Source: a virus (lineage: Duplodnaviria; Heunggongvirae; Uroviricota; Caudoviricetes). From it: DNA of 64,000 nt. Below the pieces are notes generated by a model. The model did no database searches. It worked only from the letters and a program-made list of their open reading frames with translations, and was not told the origin of the DNA. The DNA lies in the IMG/VR virus record IMGVR_UViG_3300031949_000001, positions 219,305 through 283,304 of that record; one strand, 5' to 3'. A program made the position numbers and the translations under genes. This document shows, one piece after another, positions 18,239-28,186 of this stretch (positions are counted from its first letter, which is position 1; every line of letters starts with the position of its first letter).

Positions 18239-20184
18239 GATTCGAGTTCAGCTACACCAATGATGGATACACCTTTATCTCTAGCCTTTTTAATTTTACC
18301 AGAGTTAGAATTTGGATCATCAGCAACAACGTGTGTAACTTCCTTAGTCACGCTACTCGCCATTTTGCCACCATTTTCGATGATTTTATCTTCCAATTCA
18401 GGAGATCTAAATCCCGTAAACACAAAACATTTTCCAGTCAGATTGCCCTCAATGGAAGTGGTAAATTCCTTAAAGTTGATATAATCACTAAGATCGGCTA
18501 CGAAATCATTATACTGTTTATAACCAGAAATGATACGATTTGCTGTCTTCGCTTGAAATCCTTCCACTGAAACGATCCAAGAATAGTTAGTGAAAATGTC
18601 TTCACTACCATTCGAAGATTCCAACAGTTTCTTCATCCTCTTACGCCCTACCCCACGACCGAAATAGCCCGTTGCAGCCATGAGATTGTGCTTGTCTAGG
18701 TTTTGAAGTTTTTTGATCATATCATTGTAAATCTTAGAACCATTCTCACCAAGAACATGACGAAATTCGGCTTCTTCCATTTTCATGATCTTCGTCGGTG
18801 AATTGAAACCCGCTTCAAACAGCTTAATGAGGTTGCCTTCGCGAAGCATATTGATATCGATTGTAGTAAAGAAGAAGGTAGCCTTTTCAAGAGCTATAGC
18901 AGGATGATCGCTAACCAGAAAAGCGTCAACCATAGTATCTGTCCACGCCCATTCACCAATGACGTTTAATTGAGCATTAAACCACTCGTCATAATTTTCA
19001 ATAGATGCAAGTTCAACAACCTCAGTAATGAATGGGATAACATCCCCGCTTCGCGTAATACGAATCTTGGCGCCTGGACCAATTTGGTTGGAATAGATAA
19101 ACCAAGCATGAAAGCCCGTCGCAAATGTAACTGTGACGCCAACTAGATCAACAGGCTTGATTTCAACTCGTGGTTTAAGATATCCGTTCTTGGAGATGCC
19201 CCAATGGATGCCGACGACTTCCGCAACAGCCATGTTCGAAGCGTCAGCAACCTTAAATTTACGGGCATATTCCGGTTCAAGAGATTCAGTGGAAGGCTTG
19301 AGTGATTCACGAAGGTCTTTATCAAGAGCCTCAATAACCAAGCCATCGATTTCATACCATGAATCCTGACGAGCGACTTGTAGGTAATGAGTTAGGCGTT
19401 CTTCCGTAAAATCGCTACCATGCCATACAGCACGCTTCGGAACTTCGAAACCAAAACAAACCAGTTCAACGAATTGATTATCCTTGAAGTCATTCGCACG
19501 ATTCATGATTTCATACGCAATGACTGAAAGTTCAGCCAAAACATCTGGATTACTCACCGACGCATTCATCAAGCCTGCAACCATGTTGCGAGGATTTTTG
19601 TAGGTACGCTTTGCAATCTCTTGAATGCGCTCGAATTTATCCTTTTCGAGAATTATTTCTGCACGAACGGCGCGGATGCCACGTCCGACCGATTTCGGAA
19701 AGTTCATCTGTTTCAAATGGCGAGTAATGTCCGCACCTTCGAATCCATCGCCACGAGTGAAGGCTGCGGTAAAATTTCCATTTACGTCATAAATCAATTC
19801 GACGCTATTACCATCGAGCTTGTCTGAAATGACGATATAGCGATCATTCAGTCCACATTTTGTAATCCATTTCTGAATTTCACCTTCATATACCTGGGTA
19901 AGACCAGCCATTGGGAAAGGAAGAGGAACGGCATCACCACGAACATCACTTCCGATGATGGTGGTTACGTCATCGCCGGGCGCGGAGAGCGCAATAAAAC
20001 GCTCAACCATATCATATTGATCATCGGTCAATAGTGGTTGTTCAGTGTTGTAATAGGCGTCTTTAGCAGCCAGCGCTAGGTTAACGAGAGCCTTGGTGTC
20101 GCAATCTTCGAGAGTTACGGTTCCAAGGAGAAAAAGTTCGTTTCGCAATTGAATTGCGTCAATGCCATTAAGAACGTCAATCAT
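18229..20184 (-). CDS. ligA: NAD-dependent DNA ligase
   Basis: KLDG adenylation motif, N-terminal Ia domain (DDQYD), helix-hairpin-helix motifs and a C-terminal BRCT domain; 651 aa. Confidence 0.85.
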   Translation of the reverse strand: MIDVLNGIDAIQLRNELFLLGTVTLEDCDTKALVNLALAAKDAYYNTEQPLLTDDQYDMVERFIALSAPGDDVTTIIGSDVRGDAVPLPFPMAGLTQVYEGEIQKWITKCGLNDRYIVISDKLDGNSVELIYDVNGNFTAAFTRGDGFEGADITRHLKQMNFPKSVGRGIRAVRAEIILEKDKFERIQEIAKRTYKNPRNMVAGLMNASVSNPDVLAELSVIAYEIMNRANDFKDNQFVELVCFGFEVPKRAVWHGSDFTEERLTHYLQVARQDSWYEIDGLVIEALDKDLRESLKPSTESLEPEYARKFKVADASNMAVAEVVGIHWGISKNGYLKPRVEIKPVDLVGVTVTFATGFHAWFIYSNQIGPGAKIRITRSGDVIPFITEVVELASIENYDEWFNAQLNVIGEWAWTDTMVDAFLVSDHPAIALEKATFFFTTIDINMLREGNLIKLFEAGFNSPTKIMKMEEAEFRHVLGENGSKIYNDMIKKLQNLDKHNLMAATGYFGRGVGRKRMKKLLESSNGSEDIFTNYSWIVSVEGFQAKTANRIISGYKQYNDFVADLSDYINFKEFTTSIEGNLTGKCFVFTGFRSPELEDKIIENGGKMASSVTKEVTHVVADDPNSNSGKIKKARDKGVSIIGVAELESWL

Positions 20185-20275
20185 TTCTGTGCTCCAGAAT
20201 TATCGGAAGTTGTATTCTACTCTAGGTTGTGCCACGATGTCAAGATAAATAACTAATCATCAAAAGGGCTACGCA

Positions 20276-21193
20276 ATGAAACTTCATGAACTTCTTTCCG
20301 AAAACATAAAAACCATCTCACTTCAAGCAGTTCGAGACGAAAAGCTTTTCGGACCTGTGTATCATGGTTCAACCGAAGAAAATCGTAAAAAAATTGAGCA
20401 ACAAGGTTTCCGAGTTATTAAAGATGTCATTGGCGTCCGGTCGGAAGAACGAACACATGGTTTCCAAACGAGTGATTACGCTCTTGGTATACCAGCTCCA
20501 ATCCATTTTTTAGGCTGGGGTGTTTATTTCACAACTGTTAAAAGTATTGCTATGAAATTCAATTGGGCTGGTGGTCCTTCGGCTAAAGGGCTTACTGCTT
20601 ATTATATCAATGCTCCTAGAATGACAACGATAAATTTTGCTGCTCCTCGTATAATTATGAAATGGTGGATCGACAATGGATATGATTTTGATTGGAGAAA
20701 TATTCCTGGCGAAAAGAATTTCATGAACCCGGCTGTCGAAAGAGAACGCGTACGCGCAACCGATCACATGACTGAACAATTAAAATCTCAATACGATGCC
20801 ATTTGGTTCAAAGGAAAAACAATGTATAAAACCTTAGATGGTGATCAAGTCTGCATCTATGAACCTGCGGGTAAAATTTTCAAGATAGATCCAAAACTTA
20901 GTAAAGGAATGGAAGTCGGCGCAATAGTTAAAATCAAGGATGGTGCAACCGAAGCATATCTCAAATCATACGAAGAAAGATTCGCCAGAGAGATAACAAC
21001 CAAAAAAGAAGGCAATGTCGTTGTGTTTTATAATCAGAATGGTTCTCCATTCCATAAGCAACCAATCGGCGTAAAAGGTACGATCATGAATATCAGAGAA
21101 GCCCCAAATGGAAAAAAATATTACGATATTAAATGGACTAAAGGCGGTTCCCAGTTCAACTATGTTGAATCTGAATTAGAGGCTCTATCCTAG
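20276..21193 (+). CDS. hypothetical protein
   Basis: 305-aa plus-strand ORF. An ATAAATA core lies about 25 nt upstream. Confidence 0.5.
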   Translation: MKLHELLSENIKTISLQAVRDEKLFGPVYHGSTEENRKKIEQQGFRVIKDVIGVRSEERTHGFQTSDYALGIPAPIHFLGWGVYFTTVKSIAMKFNWAGGPSAKGLTAYYINAPRMTTINFAAPRIIMKWWIDNGYDFDWRNIPGEKNFMNPAVERERVRATDHMTEQLKSQYDAIWFKGKTMYKTLDGDQVCIYEPAGKIFKIDPKLSKGMEVGAIVKIKDGATEAYLKSYEERFAREITTKKEGNVVVFYNQNGSPFHKQPIGVKGTIMNIREAPNGKKYYDIKWTKGGSQFNYVESELEALS

Positions 21194-21410
21194 ATTGAAC
21201 TTCTTCAACTTCAATATCTATATGGTCTTTTTGGAAATCGATAACATAAGAAAACTCCAACCTATCTCCGATTTTGAAATTGCCAGCCTTTAGAACTTCT
21301 TCAATAGCATCGCCCATTCGTTGCTGACAAGTTTCAACCATATTTTTAATAAAATCAGAAGTTAGATTAAATGGTTTTCTTTCGTCCAATACTTCAATAA
21401 TTTTATTCAT
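21156..21410 (-). CDS. hypothetical protein
   Basis: 84-aa ORF. Confidence 0.35.
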   Translation of the reverse strand: MNKIIEVLDERKPFNLTSDFIKNMVETCQQRMGDAIEEVLKAGNFKIGDRLEFSYVIDFQKDHIDIEVEEVQSRIEPLIQIQHS

Positions 21411-21416
21411 ATCTTC

Positions 21417-22004
21417 CTAGTTTGCTTTTCGGTAAGCGGTCCAGATAGCCAAGTCGTACTCCGCTATAGTCGTACCTTCTGGAACCAATTTTAAAAACTG
21501 TTCTTCCCAATATTTGTATTGCTTTCCGGTCGGAGTGGACTTTGGTGCATCCAAGCCGACTGCGCGCATGAATTTTAACACATGGGTATCTAGACCGGCA
21601 TGTCGAGCATTCTCGCGTGTATGAATCAAGAAGCAACGAGCAGTTTTTGGACCGATGCCATGTATCTTTTCAAGATCGTCCACAGTACACATCTTGAGAT
21701 TTATTCCACTATAAGCTAGTTCGTGATAGCCGCGTGCTTTATTTTTGAAGCAACCAAAACGATGCTTCTTAACTAAGTCTGTGATCTGTTCAATAGAACC
21801 GGCTTCTCTAATCAATTGGAAGGGAGAGGCTAGATTTGGATCGAAGGTTGAAGCGACTTGCTTACTAAGGTCTAGGAAGAAGTTATCGACGTATTGAGAT
21901 ATGGTTGCTGCCGTCTTATTGGCTACAGCAACCCAAAAACAGATGTTTTCTTCCAGTTCATTTATCGTCAGATGGAAGTTGCTGATCTTCGTTGGATCTA
22001 TCAT
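21417..22004 (-). CDS. HhH-GPD family DNA glycosylase (EndoIII/Ogg-like)
   Basis: Helix-hairpin-helix IHGIGPKTARCF followed by a D..H segment; TAG stop. Confidence 0.55.
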   Translation of the reverse strand: MIDPTKISNFHLTINELEENICFWVAVANKTAATISQYVDNFFLDLSKQVASTFDPNLASPFQLIREAGSIEQITDLVKKHRFGCFKNKARGYHELAYSGINLKMCTVDDLEKIHGIGPKTARCFLIHTRENARHAGLDTHVLKFMRAVGLDAPKSTPTGKQYKYWEEQFLKLVPEGTTIAEYDLAIWTAYRKAN

Positions 22005-22509
22005 TTGTTTTTCTCTCCATTTCCAGGATTCTTTTTTCCCATTTTTTATATTTTGTACTCAACGCCAAGGCAAGAGCATGATGAACTTGATGAGGAGTTA
22101 ATTCTAAATGGAGGCGAGAAAGAACATCGAGCACACAAAGGATAACATCTGCTCCTTCTCCAAAGCTGTCTTCATTAGGCTTGGCTTTATGTTGATTGAA
22201 ACCGTTTTCATAAAGCGCAACTTCGGCTAATTCACCCATTTCTTCTTGTAATTTCATAAATTTAGCGCCGATATCCCAACTTGCCATGCTACGACTCAGA
22301 CGAATGCTCTTTGTGATAACATCAAGAATGCCAATAATATCCGATACGGATTTCAAGCGCTCAACGGAACTAGTGCTTCGATATGCCTGTTCCAACGCTT
22401 CCCAATCTTCATCAGAAACCGTAAAGATATCATCCGGGATAATATTGCCATATTTCCCTGCGATAAAATTCTCCACATCTTGTTCGGTTACTTTCTCAAA
22501 TTCAATCAT
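21958..22509 (-). CDS. mazG: MazG-like nucleotide pyrophosphohydrolase
   Basis: EEMGELAE (ExxGEL) motif and GEGADV. Confidence 0.65.
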   Translation of the reverse strand: MIEFEKVTEQDVENFIAGKYGNIIPDDIFTVSDEDWEALEQAYRSTSSVERLKSVSDIIGILDVITKSIRLSRSMASWDIGAKFMKLQEEMGELAEVALYENGFNQHKAKPNEDSFGEGADVILCVLDVLSRLHLELTPHQVHHALALALSTKYKKWEKRILEMERKTNDRSNEDQQLPSDDK

Positions 22510-23318
22510 ACTTTCTTTCCCTCAAACTTGACCGAAAATAGTTCCGGATCGTTTTCATCATTATACATTATTTGAGCATCGCCATAAAGTCCTGGATAGC
22601 GGTCTTTAACCAGATTGAACATTTGGTTAAAGACCAATCGGATTTCTTCTTCGGCTCCCGCATCTGTTCTGAGTTCAATCATGTGGCGCAAAGAGCGATG
22701 GTTACAAGTTAAAACGATATGATTTGCCTGACCATTCCCAATAATGCGGCGGAAGGCAGATGTGAGAATTTTCTTGATTTTGAAACCAATACCACCTTTA
22801 AGTTCATCGATCTTGAAATGTTCTTCTAGTTGACGAATCCACATTTCCATTGTCGCAAAGCACATGATAAAGAATTCCTTTGCCCACGGATCATTACGAA
22901 TTACAGCCGGCAACCAGAAATTGATCTTATCGGTTCGAACATAACGTCCTGAGACTTGTGAGAATGCGTTACCAACCCGATGACGGACAAGTTCATGTGT
23001 TAAGACTCTTGATACATTAACTAAGAAGAATGTCATTGTACCATGTTCAAGAACGGAACCGTGTCCAGTTTTGATAATTTGATCTTGGATATATTCTTGA
23101 TTGTTTCTTGTACCAACCCGAGTTAGATTTTTGTTAAGCGTGGTATCAAAACTCATATAGCAAGATTTACCGGAGAATTCAATCAAGTGCTCGGCATCGC
23201 TCGCTGCGTCCGTCGTCCAACCAGGGACTCCTAGCTCGGTCAATGATTGTTGTAAACCATCATGTAATAGTTTAGTTTCGGCAATGAGAAATGCCTTTGG
23301 TTCAACGAAGTTCGGCAT
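22506..23318 (-). CDS. thyX: flavin-dependent thymidylate synthase
   Basis: ThyX signature RHRVGNAFSQVSGRY (RHRxxxxxxxSxR). Confidence 0.85.
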   Translation of the reverse strand: MPNFVEPKAFLIAETKLLHDGLQQSLTELGVPGWTTDAASDAEHLIEFSGKSCYMSFDTTLNKNLTRVGTRNNQEYIQDQIIKTGHGSVLEHGTMTFFLVNVSRVLTHELVRHRVGNAFSQVSGRYVRTDKINFWLPAVIRNDPWAKEFFIMCFATMEMWIRQLEEHFKIDELKGGIGFKIKKILTSAFRRIIGNGQANHIVLTCNHRSLRHMIELRTDAGAEEEIRLVFNQMFNLVKDRYPGLYGDAQIMYNDENDPELFSVKFEGKKV

Positions 23319-23327
23319 GAAATCCTC

Positions 23328-24023
23328 TTAGAATATTTTGGAAAGGATGGTGCCGTAGATGTAGAAGCAAGGAATTACTGCGAATACGGTTAACCAGAAT
23401 AATTTTGTTTTGAGTTTTTTGTTTTCGGATGCTAAAGCAATAATTGTTGCATCCAATTCTTTAGTTTTTTTAGCGAAATCACCGACATGCTCTGTAATGA
23501 GGCACGCCGCTTGTTCAAAATCATCCGCTTGGGCTTGAATTGTTTCTATTTTTCTATCAGTTCGTTTGCGACTTTCTTTGGCGTACTCGAAAAGCTCCCG
23601 CATGTTTTTAACTAGATAAATATTATCCAGTTCTATGTCTTCGACATCTTTTTCAAACACCGTCATGCGTTCTTCATTCTTAGAGAATCGCTTGATAAGC
23701 GCTGACCAGTAACCCATGAAATCATAGAATTTGTAGTTGCTAGCACGGAATGATAAACCTTTTGACGGATTATGTGTGCCTTGATCTTCGATACCAAGCA
23801 TTTGAGCGAGTTCTAGAGCACCATCAACAAAGTCTTTCATGAAGACATCATTTTCACGTGGACGAGAACCAAGCATGTCCTTAGCGGGGCGCGGTTCGAG
23901 TGATTTACCAGCAGCCTTAAGCGTGTCTTTGACTGGATTGAGCGATGATAGCTTTTCTAGTTCTGCTACGAGTGCTGGAACATCTTCTTCGGTGAGATTG
24001 GGATTTACTTTAACTTGAACCAT
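23328..24023 (-). CDS. hypothetical protein with C-terminal transmembrane helix
   Basis: 231-aa ORF; C-terminal LFWLTVFAVIPCFYIYG. Confidence 0.45.
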   Translation of the reverse strand: MVQVKVNPNLTEEDVPALVAELEKLSSLNPVKDTLKAAGKSLEPRPAKDMLGSRPRENDVFMKDFVDGALELAQMLGIEDQGTHNPSKGLSFRASNYKFYDFMGYWSALIKRFSKNEERMTVFEKDVEDIELDNIYLVKNMRELFEYAKESRKRTDRKIETIQAQADDFEQAACLITEHVGDFAKKTKELDATIIALASENKKLKTKLFWLTVFAVIPCFYIYGTILSKIF

Positions 24024-24061
24024 TATTTTTCTTATAGTTATAGGTTGTGAGGTTTAGACTA

Positions 24062-24325
24062 TCACTTGTTGGCTGACTTGTCAATAGATTCGACCTTAGC
24101 CGGGGCTATTTCGAATAGGTCTTTATGTTTGATCCATTTGTTCCAAACCGGTACTCCGGGTTTTTTAACTGGTGTGACCTCAACAAGTTCATTCGTTATG
24201 AGTTTACCGGAAGACATTTTCTTTTTGTTAATCGCAATGCGACCAGTAAGCGTGACTTCTACTCCATCGAAAACATAGGTTTTCTTTACTTCTTCTACTT
24301 TAGGCTCATCCATATCAGTATCCAT
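24062..24325 (-). CDS. hypothetical protein
   Basis: 87-aa ORF. Confidence 0.4.
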   Translation of the reverse strand: MDTDMDEPKVEEVKKTYVFDGVEVTLTGRIAINKKKMSSGKLITNELVEVTPVKKPGVPVWNKWIKHKDLFEIAPAKVESIDKSANK

Positions 24326-24349
24326 TAAACCGATATTTATTCAGAAAAA

Positions 24350-24376
24350 ATGGGGTGTAAAACACCCCATTTTTTA
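24350..24376. terminator. bidirectional rho-independent terminator
   Basis: ATGGGGTGT-aaa-ACACCCCAT hairpin flanked by A6 on the 5' side and T6 on the 3' side. Confidence 0.6.
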
Positions 24377-25237
24377 CTCTGCGGTCTTTTCGGTTGCAAT
24401 AATCCATGACTTGACGAACTCACTTCGAACAATATCATCTGTCGTGAATTTAACTGAAGCAAATTCGGGCATTGTTTCTATTGTTCTAAGAAATCGTTTC
24501 ATACCAGACTTGTCGTTGGACTTTTTATCTAAGTCTGTTTGAACGATATCACCGGTAAAGATGACCTTTGAATTGGTTCCGACTCTTGTCATGACGGAAT
24601 TAATTTCATGCCATGTCATGTTTTGACCTTCATCGATAACGATGATAGTGTTATCCCAAGTCAAACCACGAATGTAGGAAGTTGTCGTAAATCGGACCAA
24701 GCCGGTCTCCTTCATGTCATCATATGTCGATGCACGACCAAATAATTCTGACATGATATCGATGTATGGAAGTTCATAGAAGCGTGTTTTGTCTTCAAGA
24801 GATCCTGGCATGAAACCCAATTCGCGGGTTGCTACAGCGGAACGAACGATTCTTAAATGATAATACGATGTATTGCCATCTAGAATGTCACACATTGCAA
24901 GGTATAGGGCTAGAAATGTTTTACCGGTTCCGGCAGAACCTGAAGCACAAATTTGGTATCCCAAATTATGCAGTTTGAACATTTCTTTTTGATTATCTGT
25001 TAAGGGTTGTATTGCTCTGATATCATGTTTGGTCCATTTCTTTCTTTGTGGACCATCTAACATTGCTGCCTGATTATTGGATATGAGATGTAAATCTGCC
25101 TGTTTTTGCTTAGTTTTGTGACCTGCGTTCTTAGACATATCTTTGTCCTTTTTAATAGGTTGGTGTGTTACAAACTCGCTTACTGCCGAACTTATTTTAC
25201 ATAGCCACCCCCTTTCATTCAGTTTAAAGTTGATCAA
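24374..25237 (-). CDS. phoH: PhoH-like ATPase
   Basis: Walker A motif GSAGTGKTF and Walker B motif IVIDEGQN. Confidence 0.85.
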   Translation of the reverse strand: MINFKLNERGWLCKISSAVSEFVTHQPIKKDKDMSKNAGHKTKQKQADLHLISNNQAAMLDGPQRKKWTKHDIRAIQPLTDNQKEMFKLHNLGYQICASGSAGTGKTFLALYLAMCDILDGNTSYYHLRIVRSAVATRELGFMPGSLEDKTRFYELPYIDIMSELFGRASTYDDMKETGLVRFTTTSYIRGLTWDNTIIVIDEGQNMTWHEINSVMTRVGTNSKVIFTGDIVQTDLDKKSNDKSGMKRFLRTIETMPEFASVKFTTDDIVRSEFVKSWIIATEKTAE

Positions 25238-25823
25238 TAACCTCCCTTCTCTTCTTTATATTATCGTTGCTTTGCATTATGAGTGATGTCATTTTCATGA
25301 TTTTTAATTTAAGAGCAGCGTCACTTGACTCTATGCGCTGGACGATTCTTTCGAACGTGGTTTTCATCATTTCAATTCGTTCTTTATTGCCTTCTAGTTT
25401 ATCCAGGACGAATCGAATCGCATCCACAAGTTTTGGATGGGGTGTATCGTCTTTGGTGGATAATTCACTGGCTATCTGAAAAATTTTTTCCATCTTTTTT
25501 TTAAGAACTGGTTCCTTGAACTTGGTGGTCTTTCCAAGCTCTTTTTCAAGTTCGTCGGAGATGACAAAAATTTGTGCGAGTGTGATCGCAAGGCGCATTG
25601 ATACGCGTTGATTGTTTATGAGATGGCGTCTAACATCGGAACGAAGATTAAGTATGCTCTCTTCGAGAACCTGAGTTCCATTCGTAATTTGTTCAAAAAG
25701 CTCAACCGTCTTTTCAATTAGTGCCGATTCTTGGACTATTTCGTGGTTGAGTTCTCTAATAAATTTAATCACATTACATTCCAGGTGCGGCAGCGCCTTG
25801 TTGTGTTCCAGAGCCACCCGCAA
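25224..25823 (-). CDS. hypothetical protein
   Basis: 199-aa helical ORF. Confidence 0.4.
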   Translation of the reverse strand: MRVALEHNKALPHLECNVIKFIRELNHEIVQESALIEKTVELFEQITNGTQVLEESILNLRSDVRRHLINNQRVSMRLAITLAQIFVISDELEKELGKTTKFKEPVLKKKMEKIFQIASELSTKDDTPHPKLVDAIRFVLDKLEGNKERIEMMKTTFERIVQRIESSDAALKLKIMKMTSLIMQSNDNIKKRREVIDQL

Positions 25824-26445
25824 GATTCATCGGACGAACTGGAGATGCTGCATTACCAGTTGATGTTGCCATAGTCTTTGGGGCTGGCGTAGCCGGTCCT
25901 TGAGACGTTTTCTGTTGTCCTTGGGAATTTGCCTGCATGGCGGCGGCTGCGTTCCTAAAAGCTCCCTGAGCACGCTGTAGACGTTGTGTGAGAGCCTGTC
26001 GCTGGTTTTGATCCAGAACGTTACCATGGAGCATCATTGTTTGAAGTTGGTACGGAGTACCGTTGCCACTTGCCTGGACATATGACTTACCAGCTTGCCT
26101 CAGAATGTTTGTTATCTGAGCATCATCACCAGCTAGTTGTAGCGCGACGAGAAGCGGAAGCCCGCCCTTACGGAGAGCCATGACTTGTTGTAAAGTCTTA
26201 TCTTTTGAACCTGGATCGCCTAAAGAGAAAAGACCCATTATGAGGTCAGCCTCTTCGCCGGAAATATTTTTTCCAGCACTAAGCTGAGCAAACGCCTTAC
26301 CGACTGCGGCTTCAGCGGTTTCGACTAAAACTTGGGGGAGAGTTGCTAAGAATGTTTCCTCTGGAGTAATAGCATCGACAGATTCAAAGAACGTCTTTTG
26401 ATTGAGTGCAAGTTCATTTATTTGTTTTAGTAAGGTAAGATTCAT
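25774..26445 (-). CDS. hypothetical protein
   Basis: 223-aa ORF with an Ala/Gln-rich tail. Confidence 0.4.
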   Translation of the reverse strand: MNLTLLKQINELALNQKTFFESVDAITPEETFLATLPQVLVETAEAAVGKAFAQLSAGKNISGEEADLIMGLFSLGDPGSKDKTLQQVMALRKGGLPLLVALQLAGDDAQITNILRQAGKSYVQASGNGTPYQLQTMMLHGNVLDQNQRQALTQRLQRAQGAFRNAAAAMQANSQGQQKTSQGPATPAPKTMATSTGNAASPVRPMNLAGGSGTQQGAAAPGM

Positions 26446-26483
26446 TTGAACGCTCCGTCTATTGGGATATTATTAGCTATTTA

Positions 26484-26774
26484 TTAACTATTTGCCTTTT
26501 CCTCCCCAAGAATTGGCAATCCTTCCATATAAAAAACTTTAGCAAATCCCATACCAAAAGCGTAATTTGCCGCAATGGCAGCATCAGCGCCAAAAAAGAT
26601 GACCGTATCTGTCTTCTGGTAGAGTGTAACAATCTTTGAAATGTTTCTCAAAACTAGATTAATAGCGCCAGCCAGCGTGCCCTTGTTGAATTCAACCGGT
26701 CCGCGAGTGTCAATTAGTTTAGCCTTACCGTTTCCAGCAAGTTTCATGGCTTTATCATAGTTAATCTTCATCAT
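26484..26774 (-). CDS. rhodanese-like domain protein (no catalytic Cys)
   Basis: LIDTRGPVEFNKGTLAGAINL; the active-site loop reads FFGAD. Confidence 0.5.
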   Translation of the reverse strand: MMKINYDKAMKLAGNGKAKLIDTRGPVEFNKGTLAGAINLVLRNISKIVTLYQKTDTVIFFGADAAIAANYAFGMGFAKVFYMEGLPILGEEKANS

Positions 26775-26779
26775 TTTGT

Positions 26780-27151
26780 TTACTCCTTATCAAGCGGGTC
26801 GTCTTTGTTTACTTCGATCCATACACCATCCATCTTAACCTCAACTTTCACCTTACGCAACTCCTTTCTAACATTTTCATCTATTACAGAAAGTAGCCCG
26901 GTTCTACGTGCAGCTTCGTGCTTAACCCATGCTTGAAACTCCTTTGTGTTAAACATCTTTTCAAAAGCATCGATTTTGTTATCATGCTGTGATCTGGACG
27001 CCTCACTATAGCCGTGAGCACCAGATGGGCGGTGTATACAGTGAACCGCACTGGAGGTCTTATTTTTTTTCTGCCCACCCGAGCCGGTGCCCTTGGTATA
27101 CGACCATTCACAGTCTTTCGCCGTTACCCTAAAAAGTAACTCTTTTCCCAT
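26780..27151 (-). CDS. ArfB/ICT1-like peptidyl-tRNA hydrolase (class I release factor GGQ domain)
   Basis: GSGGQKKNKTSSAVHCIH versus E. coli ArfB GAGGQHVNKTSTAIHLRF; basic C-terminal tail; 123 aa. Confidence 0.75.
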   Translation of the reverse strand: MGKELLFRVTAKDCEWSYTKGTGSGGQKKNKTSSAVHCIHRPSGAHGYSEASRSQHDNKIDAFEKMFNTKEFQAWVKHEAARRTGLLSVIDENVRKELRKVKVEVKMDGVWIEVNKDDPLDKE

Positions 27152-27166
27152 ATATTCTCCAAAGAA

Positions 27167-27190
27167 AAAAGCGCCAACAAGCGCTTTTAT
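27167..27190. terminator. bidirectional terminator hairpin
   Basis: AAAAGCGC-caacaa-GCGCTTTT. Confidence 0.5.
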
Positions 27191-27436
27191 CGTTTGTTGT
27201 CTTATTTATCTTAAATATGAATCATCGAACACCGGTCAATTTAATTATATAATAACTTTTACCATCAGCCGTTGTCTTAAGATCGTATCCGCCGACTGGT
27301 TCGTAACTATTACCTATTTTTACAACCAACGGAATATCTTTTGTGCGAAGTATGTCTGTGTGGTGTCGCAACCATTTTAAATCTTGTTCGATTTCTTCGA
27401 TTGCTAAACAATTATTAGGTTCTATGTCTCTTAATC

Positions 27437-27802
27437 TTATAGTGTTTCCAAAGTCTTTCGTTCCGCTACCAAGTCTCGGTTGAGTGCTTTTTCAGTACTA
27501 AACTTTTCTGGATATCTTGTTTGTAATTTTTTGATGTTTGTAGCCATAATACTTTCGTAATCTCCATCAACTGCCTTAATAATCAGTGATATGTACCATA
27601 ACAAGTCACCGCATTCTTCTTTTATGTTTACTAAGTCGATTGATTTACCATAAAATAATGCTTTCTTGAGAGCATCGAGTAATTCACCAGCCTCGGTCGA
27701 TACTCCGATAATACCATGTAGCAATCTACGATCAACTTTTTCCATGAAAAAGTTTGAACTTTCTGTCTTTAAAACATTTTCGATATATTCTTTATTATTC
27801 AT
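27437..27802 (-). CDS. MazG-like NTP pyrophosphatase (second copy)
   Basis: EAGELLD and EECGDLLWY motifs; 121 aa. Confidence 0.6.
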   Translation of the reverse strand: MNNKEYIENVLKTESSNFFMEKVDRRLLHGIIGVSTEAGELLDALKKALFYGKSIDLVNIKEECGDLLWYISLIIKAVDGDYESIMATNIKKLQTRYPEKFSTEKALNRDLVAERKTLETL

Positions 27803-27832
27803 TATTATTCTCCTTTTTATTATTTTTATAGA

Positions 27833-28147
27833 TTAGGTCGGAACGAATTCAATCAACGTCAAAAGGCTCATTGGTCCGATGTCTGGATAGAAGCGCTTGA
27901 GTGCTTGTACCATTTCGCCTGCGGTTTCTGCGCCATCTAGTTGAGCATCAAAATCAGTCATATCTTGTGCGACTAGATAACTAACTCGATGAACATAAAC
28001 CGTTCGTTTTAAATCTGGAATGGTAGCACCTTCAAAAACCAGCAATTCACCGGGAGTGATATCGCGCTTACCAGTTCGAATTGTTGCCTGCTTCCAACCT
28101 TCTTCAATACCTTGAAACAAATCATCTGCTAATTTCAGAGTTTGCAT
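27833..28147 (-). CDS. ASCH (PUA-like) domain protein
   Basis: WKQATIRTGKRD segment typical of ASCH; 104 aa. Confidence 0.4.
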   Translation of the reverse strand: MQTLKLADDLFQGIEEGWKQATIRTGKRDITPGELLVFEGATIPDLKRTVYVHRVSYLVAQDMTDFDAQLDGAETAGEMVQALKRFYPDIGPMSLLTLIEFVPT

Positions 28148-28186
28148 GTTGTTCTCCTTTTTATTATTGTTTTATGGAACTGCTTA

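Noticed and set aside
27200-27436. ~68-codon open minus-strand frame (IEPNNCLAIEEIEQDLKW...SYYIIKLTGVR) between the ArfB-like and MazG-like genes
   Set aside because: It has no ATG/GTG start giving a product of 60 aa or more (the longest TTG-initiated product is ~49 aa) and no clear ribosome-binding site. It is not called. It could be a small gene with a non-canonical start.
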